IMG/VR virus record: IMGVR_UViG_3300042090_002370
Coordinates: 99,860-163,859 of that record
From: a virus
DNA: 64,000 bases
Strand: one strand, 5' to 3'
Part shown: positions 19,513-28,249 of the stretch, in pieces
Layout of the letters: each line of letters starts with the position of its first letter
Position numbering within the stretch: the first letter of the stretch is position 1
The notes under the pieces: model-generated
What the model was told of the DNA's origin: nothing
What the model saw: only the letters and a program-made list of their open reading frames with translations
Database searches by the model: none
Program-made: the position numbers and the translations under genes

Positions 19513-19914
19513 GTGATGGAAGCTGACCTGCGCAAGCTAGCAGCTGACATCGTCGGCCGCGGTCATCTCGAGGAGCGCTTTGGCACGCCGAGGCTCAGTG
19601 CCGTGGACATCGTCCTGCTCCACAAGATGGCCTCTGCTGACCAGGAGCTATTGGCCATCGCTGGCTCCCTCTCAAACTATGAGAAGCTCGGCGGCGAATA
19701 CAAGGCTGCGGTGTCTATTCAGGGGGTCCGGCAAGCTGTATCCTCAGCCAAAGCAACGCCGGATCGGCTCGAGAAGTTCATCGACAAGGTGGTCGATACC
19801 GGCCGCAAGGCCTGGGACAAGCCGGTGACGTCGCCGGGTTACTATCCCCGCGAGCTGGTTCGTGAAGAGGCAGTGCGCTCGGCCATCCACCACCCTGCGC
19901 GAAAGGGAACGTAA
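19513..19914 (+). CDS. Hypothetical K-x-A protein
   Basis: RKLAA, HKMAS, EKLGG, YKAAV; TACGCT 6 nt upstream of GTG. Confidence 0.6.
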   Translation: MMEADLRKLAADIVGRGHLEERFGTPRLSAVDIVLLHKMASADQELLAIAGSLSNYEKLGGEYKAAVSIQGVRQAVSSAKATPDRLEKFIDKVVDTGRKAWDKPVTSPGYYPRELVREEAVRSAIHHPARKGT

Positions 19915-19916
19915 TC

Positions 19917-20675
19917 ATGGCAGGGAACTTCAGCGACTGGGCACCATACACCAACTACGTACAGGCCGGTCTCGTCGACGGAACGTACGCCAACGCGGGC
20001 TATACGATGCTCGCAGCGGGGCCGCCCCGTCTGTCGAACATCGGAGGCAATGCCGCCATTGCGGGTGCGGTCTCGGGTAACGGCCAAGCCGCCAACCAGA
20101 TCGTCTTCCCCATCGGCATCGTTCAGAACTTCAACCTCTCCCACACGCGGCAGTTCTCCCGCATCTTCGAGATCGGCTCCGAGCGCAGCTACTTCATCGG
20201 CGGCCGGACCGTGGGGCAGATTGGACTGGGGCGCATCTACTACTGGGGCGCGTCGCTCTTGCGCATCCTATACGCGTACTACCAGAACCTCATCCCCCCG
20301 ACGCTCATCCCGGCGATGTTTCCGAATGCCGGCGCCGCGGCGATGTCGAACCCACACGACGTCATCATCCCACCAGGCTACGACAACATCTTCGTCAACC
20401 TGGCATCCGACCTCTTCACGCAGCCGGTCGGCATCCTGATGTACGTGCGCGACATCAACCTCGACACGCTGGCGGCCGTCTACTTCGAGGCCTGCTACCT
20501 GCCGAACCACAGTTGGGCGACCGACGCACAGGGTGTCCTCATCCAGGAGTCGGTGGCCGTGCAGTTCGAGCGCGCGGTGCCTGTCCAGGTCTCCGAGCTC
20601 ACGCTCGTGACGAACACCACGAGCTCGAACGCCGGCGGCGCCAACGCCACGTTCCCCGGCATCCCTGGGTCCTGA
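19917..20675 (+). CDS. Tail tube protein
   Basis: PIGIVQNFNLS..RIFEIGS..YF motif, IQESVAVQFER end; follows the sheath. Confidence 0.75.
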   Translation: MAGNFSDWAPYTNYVQAGLVDGTYANAGYTMLAAGPPRLSNIGGNAAIAGAVSGNGQAANQIVFPIGIVQNFNLSHTRQFSRIFEIGSERSYFIGGRTVGQIGLGRIYYWGASLLRILYAYYQNLIPPTLIPAMFPNAGAAAMSNPHDVIIPPGYDNIFVNLASDLFTQPVGILMYVRDINLDTLAAVYFEACYLPNHSWATDAQGVLIQESVAVQFERAVPVQVSELTLVTNTTSSNAGGANATFPGIPGS

Positions 20676-20684
20676 TAGGAGCTG

Positions 20685-21074
20685 ATGATGCCGCCTACCT
20701 CGCAGCCGTTCTCCTTCGCTGGAGCTCTGCAGCTGTCGGCAGATCCGTCGCTGCCCGCTGACCCCATTCCGTTCAATTTCTCCAACTCCTTTGTGGCGTT
20801 GGCGAGCGGCGTGCTCAACATTAGCGGTGCAGGCGTGACCACTGTGCCGTTTGACGGCGTGCCATCTGCAGGAGCGAAGGGCATCCTCATTCGCTACGAT
20901 ACACAGACAGGCGCTGCTGCTGTTCAGCTTGCGCTCAATGGCTCCAGTACCCCTATCGAGCTGACACCAGGGTCGATGTTGACGTACTTCGATGCGACGC
21001 CCACTACGGGCATCACCGCAGCAACTATCACGGTGACCGTCGCCTGCCAGATACGGTTTTGGATTCTCGGCTGA
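20685..21074 (+). CDS. Small beta-rich virion protein
   Basis: RBS AGGAG; Lys-poor, Thr/Gly-rich. Confidence 0.55.
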   Translation: MMPPTSQPFSFAGALQLSADPSLPADPIPFNFSNSFVALASGVLNISGAGVTTVPFDGVPSAGAKGILIRYDTQTGAAAVQLALNGSSTPIELTPGSMLTYFDATPTTGITAATITVTVACQIRFWILG

Positions 21075-21080
21075 TGGGAG

Positions 21081-21497
21081 GTGGCGATGGCTCCTTCCAA
21101 GAAGGCCGAGACCGAGATTCGCGATCTGCTGAAGGAGTACGTCGGTGCGGTGCGGAGCGTACCTCCGCCACCTAACACGCCGGACCTCGAGACCAAGCTT
21201 GTAGAGGCGCTCGTCAGCAAGGTCGAGTCCTTTGACCGTACGCGTCATAACCTAGCCAAGCAGCTGGGTTCTTCACTTCGTGACTCAGGAACCTTCGAGC
21301 CACTCGGTCAGGCACAACTCGACGTTGTGATGCTGCGTGTGGAGAACACAAAGCTGAAGGAGGAGAACGCAGAGCTGAAGGAGATCATCAAAACCTGGAC
21401 CCACCGCAAGGACGATTGGTCTGTGCGCATCCTTGTTGGGCTCGTTGCTGGAGCTCTCGTGTTCATCTGGAAGTTCCTCATCGAGGGTAAGAAGTAG
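21081..21497 (+). CDS. Coiled-coil protein with C-terminal membrane anchor (holin/spanin-like role possible)
   Basis: LRVENTKLKEENAELKE; ILVGLVAGALVFIWKFLI. Confidence 0.6.
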   Translation: MAMAPSKKAETEIRDLLKEYVGAVRSVPPPPNTPDLETKLVEALVSKVESFDRTRHNLAKQLGSSLRDSGTFEPLGQAQLDVVMLRVENTKLKEENAELKEIIKTWTHRKDDWSVRILVGLVAGALVFIWKFLIEGKK

Positions 21498-22013
21498 ATG
21501 CGCGGCCCCAATCCCGTGCTCACGTACTACTACGGCAACGAGAAGGTCGCTGGCCTCGGTGCTGCGGCCTACGACATGCTGGTGCAGCAGATGCTGTCGC
21601 ACGACGATGCGAAGCAGGAACAAGAAGCGGCTCGTCTCAATGCTATCGCGCAAGAGATGGAACAGGAGCGCATGCGCCCAGCCGTAGAAGCACTCCGGTA
21701 TACGCCCGTCGATGCGGGCATGATGCGTCTCGCTTCTGTTGCTGCCCTAGCCGGTGTCGACATGGCGAAGAGGGCTGGGATCATAGGCAGCGCTGCAGGC
21801 GCTCTTGTGAAGAGCCCGACGGCAAGGAAGGTAGTAGGATTAGGGGCGCTGGCAGGCGGTGGAGTACTAGCTGCTAAGGCCATCAACGCGATTCCACAAG
21901 AACTAGGGCGTGAGGCTGGTCCTCAGACCTTTGGTTCTGGTAGATTGGGATACAGCCCGCCGATGGGCGTAAACGCGTACGGAGTTCCACAGGCGGGCAC
22001 GCCGCTATTCTAG
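21498..22013 (+). CDS. K-x-A protein with hydrophobic Gly-rich helices
   Basis: EKVAG, AKRAG; VVGLGALAGGGVLA. Confidence 0.65.
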   Translation: MRGPNPVLTYYYGNEKVAGLGAAAYDMLVQQMLSHDDAKQEQEAARLNAIAQEMEQERMRPAVEALRYTPVDAGMMRLASVAALAGVDMAKRAGIIGSAAGALVKSPTARKVVGLGALAGGGVLAAKAINAIPQELGREAGPQTFGSGRLGYSPPMGVNAYGVPQAGTPLF

Positions 22014-22023
22014 GAGATAGAGA

Positions 22024-23157
22024 ATGACACTCGCAGGTTCTGTAGGTTCGGGTCTCTGGAGCACGCAGTCTGCAATCTTCCCGCACCTGCTGCACGGTCA
22101 GGGCGGTATCAGTGGGGAGGTATACGCTGTACGCAAGGATCTCGGCATTGTGCTCACTCCGCTCAAGTGCGTCACCGTGGAGGAGTACGATCTGCCGCTG
22201 CCTGCATCCGGTACGCTCATTCTGACGGGCGGAGTGTCTTCTCTTGCCGCTCAGACGTTTGCGCAGTCAGCTCTGAACGGCAGCCTGGGCGGCGGCGTCA
22301 TCAGCCCGCCGCGTAATACAGAGGTCGTCGTCGCTGGCGCCACCGCAACGCAGATGGCGGCCAGCGTCACCATCAACGGTGTGGATGCATGGGGACGTGC
22401 GCTCTCGGAGACCATTACTGGAACGAGCGGCGGCGCTGGCACGTACACCGGCGTGAAGTGTTTCGCCAAGGTGACCAGCGTGGTGGTGCCCGCGGGTACA
22501 GGTACGGGCGCCACTTTCACGGTGGGAACGGGGGTTGTCATCGGCCTCTCGCAGTACCCGAAGCTGCGTGCGGGTCAGCTGCTGCCGCTCATCACGCGAG
22601 AGATCGTAGATGGGGCTGTAGTCACGACTGGGGTACTAACTTTGCCCGCGACCAACCTGCCCTTCGGTGCATACACGCCGGCTACGGCGCCTACGACCCC
22701 AGGTGCGGCTACGTTCACTGGTTCCGTGAACATGGCAACCGGCGGGCTGTATGGCGGCGGCGGCTCACTCAACGGTGAGGTGCTGCAGTTCACCTCTATC
22801 AACGGGGTGGGCCCGCAGTCGCTGACCTTCGTAGGTACTGGCAACGCAGCCTCTGAGTCGGCTGCCCTTGCTGCCATCGCCGCGGCGTTCCCCAGTCTGA
22901 CCGTAACGACCAACGGCTCCGGCTTCCTCGTTCTTACGGACAAGACCTCTGGCGCTGCTTACTCCATGGTTCTGGCTGCCAACGGTACGAGCACGGCGAA
23001 CGTCACGCTCGGCCTCACCGCCGGCACACAGACGGGCACTGGCCACCAGTACGCCATCGACTACGAATTCGACGGCACCAAGCAGCCGACCTTCCCTGCT
23101 GTCGGGATGGCTGGTTCATCGTACGGACCGCTGCCGGGTACGGTGCCGACGGTCTAG
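22024..23157 (+). CDS. Virion surface protein sharing a domain with the sheath
   Basis: GGLYGGGGSLNGE...FLVLTD..TANVTLGL aligns by eye with sheath GGLYGTGGSLNGE...FLVLTD..TANTNLGL. Confidence 0.7.
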   Translation: MTLAGSVGSGLWSTQSAIFPHLLHGQGGISGEVYAVRKDLGIVLTPLKCVTVEEYDLPLPASGTLILTGGVSSLAAQTFAQSALNGSLGGGVISPPRNTEVVVAGATATQMAASVTINGVDAWGRALSETITGTSGGAGTYTGVKCFAKVTSVVVPAGTGTGATFTVGTGVVIGLSQYPKLRAGQLLPLITREIVDGAVVTTGVLTLPATNLPFGAYTPATAPTTPGAATFTGSVNMATGGLYGGGGSLNGEVLQFTSINGVGPQSLTFVGTGNAASESAALAAIAAAFPSLTVTTNGSGFLVLTDKTSGAAYSMVLAANGTSTANVTLGLTAGTQTGTGHQYAIDYEFDGTKQPTFPAVGMAGSSYGPLPGTVPTV

Positions 23158-23738
23158 GCCTGAGCGCCTCGGTCCCACCAGAACGAAGACATCGTCTGCC
23201 CTGCGTCCTCTACCTGCGGAGCCCGGTCGTCTTGAAGACCGGGCTCGTAGGGGTTGCCTGGTGTCTGCGGTCGAGGCTTGGAGCTGGGTTTCGGCAACAC
23301 CGGCGGCGTCCGCTTAGGCCTCGGACTGGCGTAGTCCAATACAGCGTGATCGAGCCGCGCCTTCTCCTCCGGTGTCAGCGCCTCGACCGCACGGCCTCCT
23401 GCCCCCAGTTCTCCTAGGAAGAGTTGGGTCTCGGGGTCGTAGCGTTCGGGGTGGTCGATGCTGTCCTGTACCAAGAGCGGCAGGTTGCCACCCAGCATCC
23501 CTTTGAAAAGAGAGGTCGGCTCATTCGGCGGCCTGATCTCCGCTGTCTGCAGAATTGGGTGCTGCGCCCCCCCTCTCATGTGCTCCAGCATCTCCGCCAT
23601 CGTGGGGAACCTGGGGAACTTCACAGTCTGCGGCGGGGCGACGGGTGTGACGTCGGCGATAGGGGTTCGGTAGTCCGGAGACGGACTTGCGGCGTCGAAT
23701 ACCGACGACGGCTTCAGCGGCGAGTCGCTCCACTTCAT
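23154..23738 (-). CDS. Hypothetical Pro-rich protein (start uncertain)
   Basis: 194 aa ORF converging on the tail operon. Confidence 0.5.
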   Translation of the reverse strand: MKWSDSPLKPSSVFDAASPSPDYRTPIADVTPVAPPQTVKFPRFPTMAEMLEHMRGGAQHPILQTAEIRPPNEPTSLFKGMLGGNLPLLVQDSIDHPERYDPETQLFLGELGAGGRAVEALTPEEKARLDHAVLDYASPRPKRTPPVLPKPSSKPRPQTPGNPYEPGLQDDRAPQVEDAGQTMSSFWWDRGAQA

Positions 23739-23943
23739 CGGTCATATCCTCCAAGATGTCCTGCTCATGCCTCTGCAGGTACGCTTCTACGATGAGCGCG
23801 CCCAGCTCGCCAGCGCTTACGCTTAGGTGCCGGCCGCTATCTTTGCGCTTCTTTCGTACAAGGGCCAGCGTGATCCTGAAGAGGGCGGCGGTCTTGCCGT
23901 CGAGGATCAAGTCCAGTGGACCGATGCGGTCGTCGAGGGCCAT
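23521..23943 (-). CDS. Hypothetical protein, possibly DNA-binding
   Basis: Starts just after a terminator; overlaps the next ORF by 218 nt. Confidence 0.5.
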   Translation of the reverse strand: MALDDRIGPLDLILDGKTAALFRITLALVRKKRKDSGRHLSVSAGELGALIVEAYLQRHEQDILEDMTDEVERLAAEAVVGIRRRKSVSGLPNPYRRRHTRRPAADCEVPQVPHDGGDAGAHERGGAAPNSADSGDQAAE

Positions 23944-23959
23944 GTAGAGTCAGTACCAC

Positions 23960-23997
23960 AAATAAAAGAGGCCGCCCTACGAATAGAGCGGCCTCTT
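23960..23997 (-). terminator. Terminator after the cysteine protease gene
   Basis: AAGAGGCCGC/GCGGCCTCTT stem with T-rich tail on the minus strand. Confidence 0.7.
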
Positions 23998-24026
23998 GGG
24001 CCCGTGAGCCCGAAGACATGAGTATA

Positions 24027-24848
24027 TCAGAACTCGAGGTCAGGCATTCGCGTCAAAACCCAGAGGTCGTTCAGCTGAACCCATCCAGCCCAGGCGTCGT
24101 CGATGAGGAAGTGGCCGTTGTCGCCGTAGGCGGCACCCCAGGAGTTCCTGATGCGCCACACGCGCGCCCCGTCGATGTAGTGCACACCGGTGAAGCAGGT
24201 GGAGTGACCGCCGATGATGTCGTTGGCGCTGGGGATGGTGAGGATCTGCCCCTCTTGGTAGTTCTGGATGGCCGAGCTCACCGGTGACCCGTAGATAACG
24301 GGGTGGTTAGAGCGAATGGCCGTCTCGAGTTGATCGAGTCGACTGGTGCCACCGCTCGGCGCTAGCGCGTCGATGTTGAACCACGCGGTGAACTTGTTGT
24401 CGCTCGCTTCGGGGTAGGTGTCCGGCGTTGGGGAGTTGTAGAGGTTCGAATCCCCATACGCCCAGACCTTCTCCTCACAGACACCGATGTTGCCGACGCG
24501 GTCTACGGCAAGGTGCGTGTACGTGCCTGAGTCCTGCGTGGTCGTACCCATCTGTAGGCGGCACTGCCAGTAGAGGAAGAGGCGAGACAGCATGTCGACC
24601 GAGCTCCCCTCGACAGCGAGCACGATGTTAGCTGCACCGCAGGTAGAGTTGAGTACGCACGACCCGATGTCGCCCTGGTCGTAGACCGGCGGTTCGTTCG
24701 GGATGTCGTAGTCGTTACCGTCCTGCGCCTTCGGCGACGCCTTCTTCTTGAAGGCCTTCTCGACCGTGGTGAAGGAGACCACTGGGTCGAGCCGCGCCTT
24801 GATCTTCGCAGGCATCGTAGAGTCGGGCAGGTAGCCTTTTGTCGCCAT
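24027..24848 (-). CDS. Papain-like C1A cysteine peptidase
   Basis: DQGDIGSC, LSRLFLY, GGHS, RNSWG..YGDNGHF; TAATG coupling to the upstream lipoprotein. Confidence 0.9.
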   Translation of the reverse strand: MATKGYLPDSTMPAKIKARLDPVVSFTTVEKAFKKKASPKAQDGNDYDIPNEPPVYDQGDIGSCVLNSTCGAANIVLAVEGSSVDMLSRLFLYWQCRLQMGTTTQDSGTYTHLAVDRVGNIGVCEEKVWAYGDSNLYNSPTPDTYPEASDNKFTAWFNIDALAPSGGTSRLDQLETAIRSNHPVIYGSPVSSAIQNYQEGQILTIPSANDIIGGHSTCFTGVHYIDGARVWRIRNSWGAAYGDNGHFLIDDAWAGWVQLNDLWVLTRMPDLEF

Positions 24849-25225
24849 TACTTGCATTTCATCACCGCCTGGCACGAGGAAGCTGCCGCTATGCAGACCG
24901 CGTGGAGATCCACGCCGGCGTCGCCATCGATTCGGCACTGAACGGCCCAGCCTACCCCATGTAGGTCGGGTCCACCGATGAGTCGGCCGCGGCTGTCCGT
25001 GCAACCGAGCGCGAGTAGCTTGGCCTGGCCTGCAGCGCAGGCATCAACAGGACCTGGGGGAGAAGGCGCAGCGTCTGGAGAAGCCGCCTCAGGTGCGGCT
25101 GCCTCTACGACAGGTACTGCGGCGTCAGTACACGGAGACGGTGCGCAGTTGGGGATGGGGACAGGTGGCGTCTGCGGGCATGCCGTCAGCGCTACGAGGG
25201 CCAGTGTATAGATGAGGTTTCTCAT
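24848..25225 (-). CDS. Cys-rich lipoprotein
   Basis: MRNLIYTLALVALTAC lipobox; Pro/Ala linker with DAA motifs; several C-terminal Cys. Confidence 0.75.
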   Translation of the reverse strand: MRNLIYTLALVALTACPQTPPVPIPNCAPSPCTDAAVPVVEAAAPEAASPDAAPSPPGPVDACAAGQAKLLALGCTDSRGRLIGGPDLHGVGWAVQCRIDGDAGVDLHAVCIAAASSCQAVMKCK

Positions 25226-25246
25226 GCGGCAGATTGTACCGGTGGC

Positions 25247-25274
25247 GCAACCAGAAAGCCAGTAAAGGAATAAG
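25247..25274 (+). promoter_or_regulatory. Phage promoter motif GCAA-N16-GGAATAAG
   Basis: Followed by GGAGG and ATG at 25291. Confidence 0.75.
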
Positions 25275-25290
25275 AACCCTGGAGGAAGCT

Positions 25291-25488
25291 ATGTCACGCT
25301 CTTTCGTCAGTGAAAACGATGTGCGTTTGTTGGAAAAAGTAGGCGCGGGTCTGACGATGGCCGCGCCAGTGGTGCTCGTGCTGTGCTTCTGGGTCGACAA
25401 CACCGCTAGTCGTCCTCAGCTTTTTGCTGCGACATTTCTTCTGGTGCTAGTCGGCCAGCTGCTGGCGCGTATTCGTATTGACTTCTAG
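25291..25488 (+). CDS. Small membrane protein (two TM helices)
   Basis: Promoter and RBS; two hydrophobic segments. Confidence 0.6.
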   Translation: MSRSFVSENDVRLLEKVGAGLTMAAPVVLVLCFWVDNTASRPQLFAATFLLVLVGQLLARIRIDF

Positions 25489-25588
25489 TACTGGCGTAGT
25501 ACTTCTACTAGTCCGCAGGGCGCAGCACCTATTTAGGTATACCGCGCTCTGACGTTTCTGGGCTGGTGCCTGGACGCAAGGAGAGACC

Positions 25589-26449
25589 ATGCAATACGCC
25601 AAGCTGAATCTCGCTATGTTCACTGAGCATGTGAAAAACGGGCGATACGAGAGCCGTACCGCAGCCCGCCGTGCCATCGGCAAGGTGACCGAGTGGAGCG
25701 ACAAAGACAAGGATGCCGCCCACGCCCTCATCAATAAGACCTTCGGGGAGAGCGACGACGCAGCGCCGAAGAAGGCCAAGCGCGCTGCTGCACCGAAGAC
25801 GGCCAAGCGCGCAGCTAGCCGAGAAGTAGCTGCTCCCAGGACTGCGAAGGCCGCTACAGCACCAGCAGCAAAGGTCCAGCGTGAGCGTGGCCGTAAGCCG
25901 CGTCAGGCCCCTGTAGGGGCGAGCCATCCTCCCGTCGATGCGGTGGCTACGACCAGTGATCTACTCATGCTACAGCGGTCGCCCGTCGTTACTGGTAAGC
26001 AGGAGCCGGCTTCTGCCTCGCGTTACAACGCGGCCGCTTCTATCATTGCAACGCTCAAGAACGTGAGCCCGATCACTGCCGCGGAGCAGGAGCTGCTCGA
26101 GCTGGCTGAGGCTGAGGCCCGTGTGAATACGACTCCGGAAGCCGAAGCGGACCGCATCAAGTGGGACGCCAAGAACAAGCCTTGTCAGGCCGCCGAGTCC
26201 AAGAAAGTAGCGCCACGCGGCAAGGTCAATGGCGTCACTACAGAAGCCGCTGCTCGTCCGCACATCGCAGTCCCACTGACGGCTCCAACAAGTACAACCC
26301 CCTCTCGACCGCTCCCCACTACAGGCGAGGAGCTCGCCGAGGCCGAGCGCAGCCTGACCCCCGATGAGCGTGAGACGATTGCTCGCGTGCAGGCTCTGGC
26401 ACCCAAACCCGTCAACGTTGGCCCGATTCCACCGCCACTCGTTGGCTAG
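25589..26449 (+). CDS. Protein with Lys/Ala/Arg-rich histone H1-like stretch
   Basis: RBS AAGGAG; PKKAKRAAAPKTAKRAAS... Confidence 0.7.
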   Translation: MQYAKLNLAMFTEHVKNGRYESRTAARRAIGKVTEWSDKDKDAAHALINKTFGESDDAAPKKAKRAAAPKTAKRAASREVAAPRTAKAATAPAAKVQRERGRKPRQAPVGASHPPVDAVATTSDLLMLQRSPVVTGKQEPASASRYNAAASIIATLKNVSPITAAEQELLELAEAEARVNTTPEAEADRIKWDAKNKPCQAAESKKVAPRGKVNGVTTEAAARPHIAVPLTAPTSTTPSRPLPTTGEELAEAERSLTPDERETIARVQALAPKPVNVGPIPPPLVG

Positions 26450-26907
26450 TGCCGGCTGCCTTTTCTCCATAGCAGCCCGACGCATTCTTCATTGTCTCTC
26501 TTCTCAACCTGGCCGGGGACTTGAACGTCTCCGTGCCAGGTGAGTGGGATACGCCAGGAGCGTGAGCCGTGGTGCGTCTCGAGCAAGATGTGGATGGCGT
26601 TCTCGCGCTGCTCTACGACCACAAGACCGTAGGCCTTGGCGCGTTCTACCAGTTGCTGTAGGAGCTTCAAACGCTGTGCTGCATCTAACGTGGAAGAAAT
26701 TGGGCAGAGAATAGACTGCGTGATCTCTTGGCCAGCGTCATCTATTACTGGCTCACGTGGCCACACCGCTGCGTAGGAGTCGATCTTCCGTCGTTTCCTC
26801 CAGGTCTGTAGCGCATCTGTCATCAGGAGCTCCGCTCTACGAGCAAGCTCGTCGTGGATGAATTGCTCAGACTGGAAGTAACGATCTAGAGGCATGGAGG
26901 TCAGCAT
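26446..26907 (-). CDS. Hypothetical protein
   Basis: Globular-looking ORF, likely start ATG at 26895. Confidence 0.6.
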   Translation of the reverse strand: MLTSMPLDRYFQSEQFIHDELARRAELLMTDALQTWRKRRKIDSYAAVWPREPVIDDAGQEITQSILCPISSTLDAAQRLKLLQQLVERAKAYGLVVVEQRENAIHILLETHHGSRSWRIPLTWHGDVQVPGQVEKRDNEECVGLLWRKGSRH

Positions 26908-27214
26908 GGACCGCGGGGCAGTACTACTTCAAGGGCTCCGTGACAAGCTTTTTTCGGGTTGGGCGCGGTCAATACAGCGCTCTACGGGTGCGCACAACGT
27001 GGAGTTCGTTACGCGTGAGAACGGCGAGTTCGCTGTGCGCGTCAGTTGGAAGAAGGGAGAGGTCGATAAGGTCTTCGAGAAGGAGTTCACCAGGGCGCAC
27101 GTTCTGGGTCCGAGCCTTCATCGACCAATGATGGAGTGGCACATGCAGAAGAGGACGTGCGACTACGCACGCGAGATCATGTGCGAGGTGCTCGCGCAAC
27201 GAGGTGTTCTATGA
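26894..27214 (+). CDS. Hypothetical protein
   Basis: First of an ATGA-coupled chain; GGAGG precedes the second Met. Confidence 0.6.
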   Translation: MEVSMDRGAVLLQGLRDKLFSGWARSIQRSTGAHNVEFVTRENGEFAVRVSWKKGEVDKVFEKEFTRAHVLGPSLHRPMMEWHMQKRTCDYAREIMCEVLAQRGVL

Positions 27215-27516
27215 AAGGTAGTGGAGATTTCTCCATAGGCAGCCAGGTGTGGCCTGGCGCGTCCAAGGTCATCGAGGAGATGGGCGAGCTCCAACAAGTG
27301 CTGGGCAAGCTCATCGCAACCGCTGGGGATACGAAGCACTGGGAGGGCAAGGATCTGAAGGACCGTCTCAAGGAGGAGATCGCAGACGTGAAGGCCGCGC
27401 TCTTCTTCTTTATGGCCGTGAACTTCGACGTCAACGACCGCGCCGATGTCGTGATGCGCTCGGACGAGAAGTACCAACTCTTCCTCAAGTGGCATGCAAA
27501 CCCGGAGGCACCATGA
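27211..27516 (+). CDS. MazG-like NTP pyrophosphohydrolase
   Basis: KVIEEMGELQQVLGK...LKEEIADV acidic motif pair. Confidence 0.7.
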   Translation: MKGSGDFSIGSQVWPGASKVIEEMGELQQVLGKLIATAGDTKHWEGKDLKDRLKEEIADVKAALFFFMAVNFDVNDRADVVMRSDEKYQLFLKWHANPEAP

Positions 27517-27980
27517 AAGAAAACAGGCCGTCCTTCCAGGACATTTACATGCGTCTCGCCCTGATGATGGCCGAGCGCTCCACCTGCGCCCGCCTGAACG
27601 TGGGGTGCATTATCACCAGCCCCGACTTTCGATACGTTTACGGTACCGGCTACAACGGCAGTACCTCGGGCGGGCCGAACGACTGCGACCTGCATGGTGA
27701 GGCTGCCGTAGGCGCATGTGGATGTTTGCACGCGGAGGTCAACGCAGTCATCAATTGCTGCACGCCACGCAGCAGTCCAAAGATCGTATTCTGCTCGCAT
27801 CTTCCGTGCAAGATGTGCGCGAAGGCGCTTGTGAACCTCGGCGGCGTGCAGAAGGTGTTCTACAACATGGATTACCGTAATCGTGAGGGCCTGTTGTGGC
27901 TCACGCAGGCAGGTATCCACAACGAGCAGCACATTGTTGCCATAACAGGCGCCGGTTCCCTGGAGGCATTGGCACGATGA
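27513..27980 (+). CDS. dCMP deaminase
   Basis: RSTC..VGCII, GYNG, HAEVNA, PCKMC. Confidence 0.9.
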   Translation: MKENRPSFQDIYMRLALMMAERSTCARLNVGCIITSPDFRYVYGTGYNGSTSGGPNDCDLHGEAAVGACGCLHAEVNAVINCCTPRSSPKIVFCSHLPCKMCAKALVNLGGVQKVFYNMDYRNREGLLWLTQAGIHNEQHIVAITGAGSLEALAR

Positions 27981-28249
27981 TTCCGTACAGGCACTACAAA
28001 GGCGGTCGCTATGCCTGGCTCTGCCAGGCAGCGACGCACAATCACAACGGCGACCTCGACGTCGTCTACATTTCACTGACGCATGGCACGGCCGTCACGC
28101 GCCCGCTGGAACGCGACTCGCGTAATGAGGCTTCCTGGAATGACCCTATCGAGTGGCCTGACGGCGTAAAGCGCTGTCGTTTCATGCCAGAGGCAGGTCT
28201 TAGGCCAGCAGAGCTGGAGGCTTGCGGATTCATGGAGAAGAAGACATGA
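27977..28249 (+). CDS. DUF1653-like protein
   Basis: YRHYKGGRY...VVY...RP...RF pattern. Confidence 0.65.
   Translation: MIPYRHYKGGRYAWLCQAATHNHNGDLDVVYISLTHGTAVTRPLERDSRNEASWNDPIEWPDGVKRCRFMPEAGLRPAELEACGFMEKKT

Noticed and set aside
18605-19516. 303-aa ORF overlapping the HNH gene
   Set aside because: Starts inside the promoter, is Arg/Gly-rich and motif-free; the HNH frame has the RBS and catalytic motif
15140-23157. Bacterial contractile injection system (T6SS, eCIS, tailocin)
   Set aside because: Linked capsid, protease and neck genes plus phage-type accessory genes indicate a complete phage
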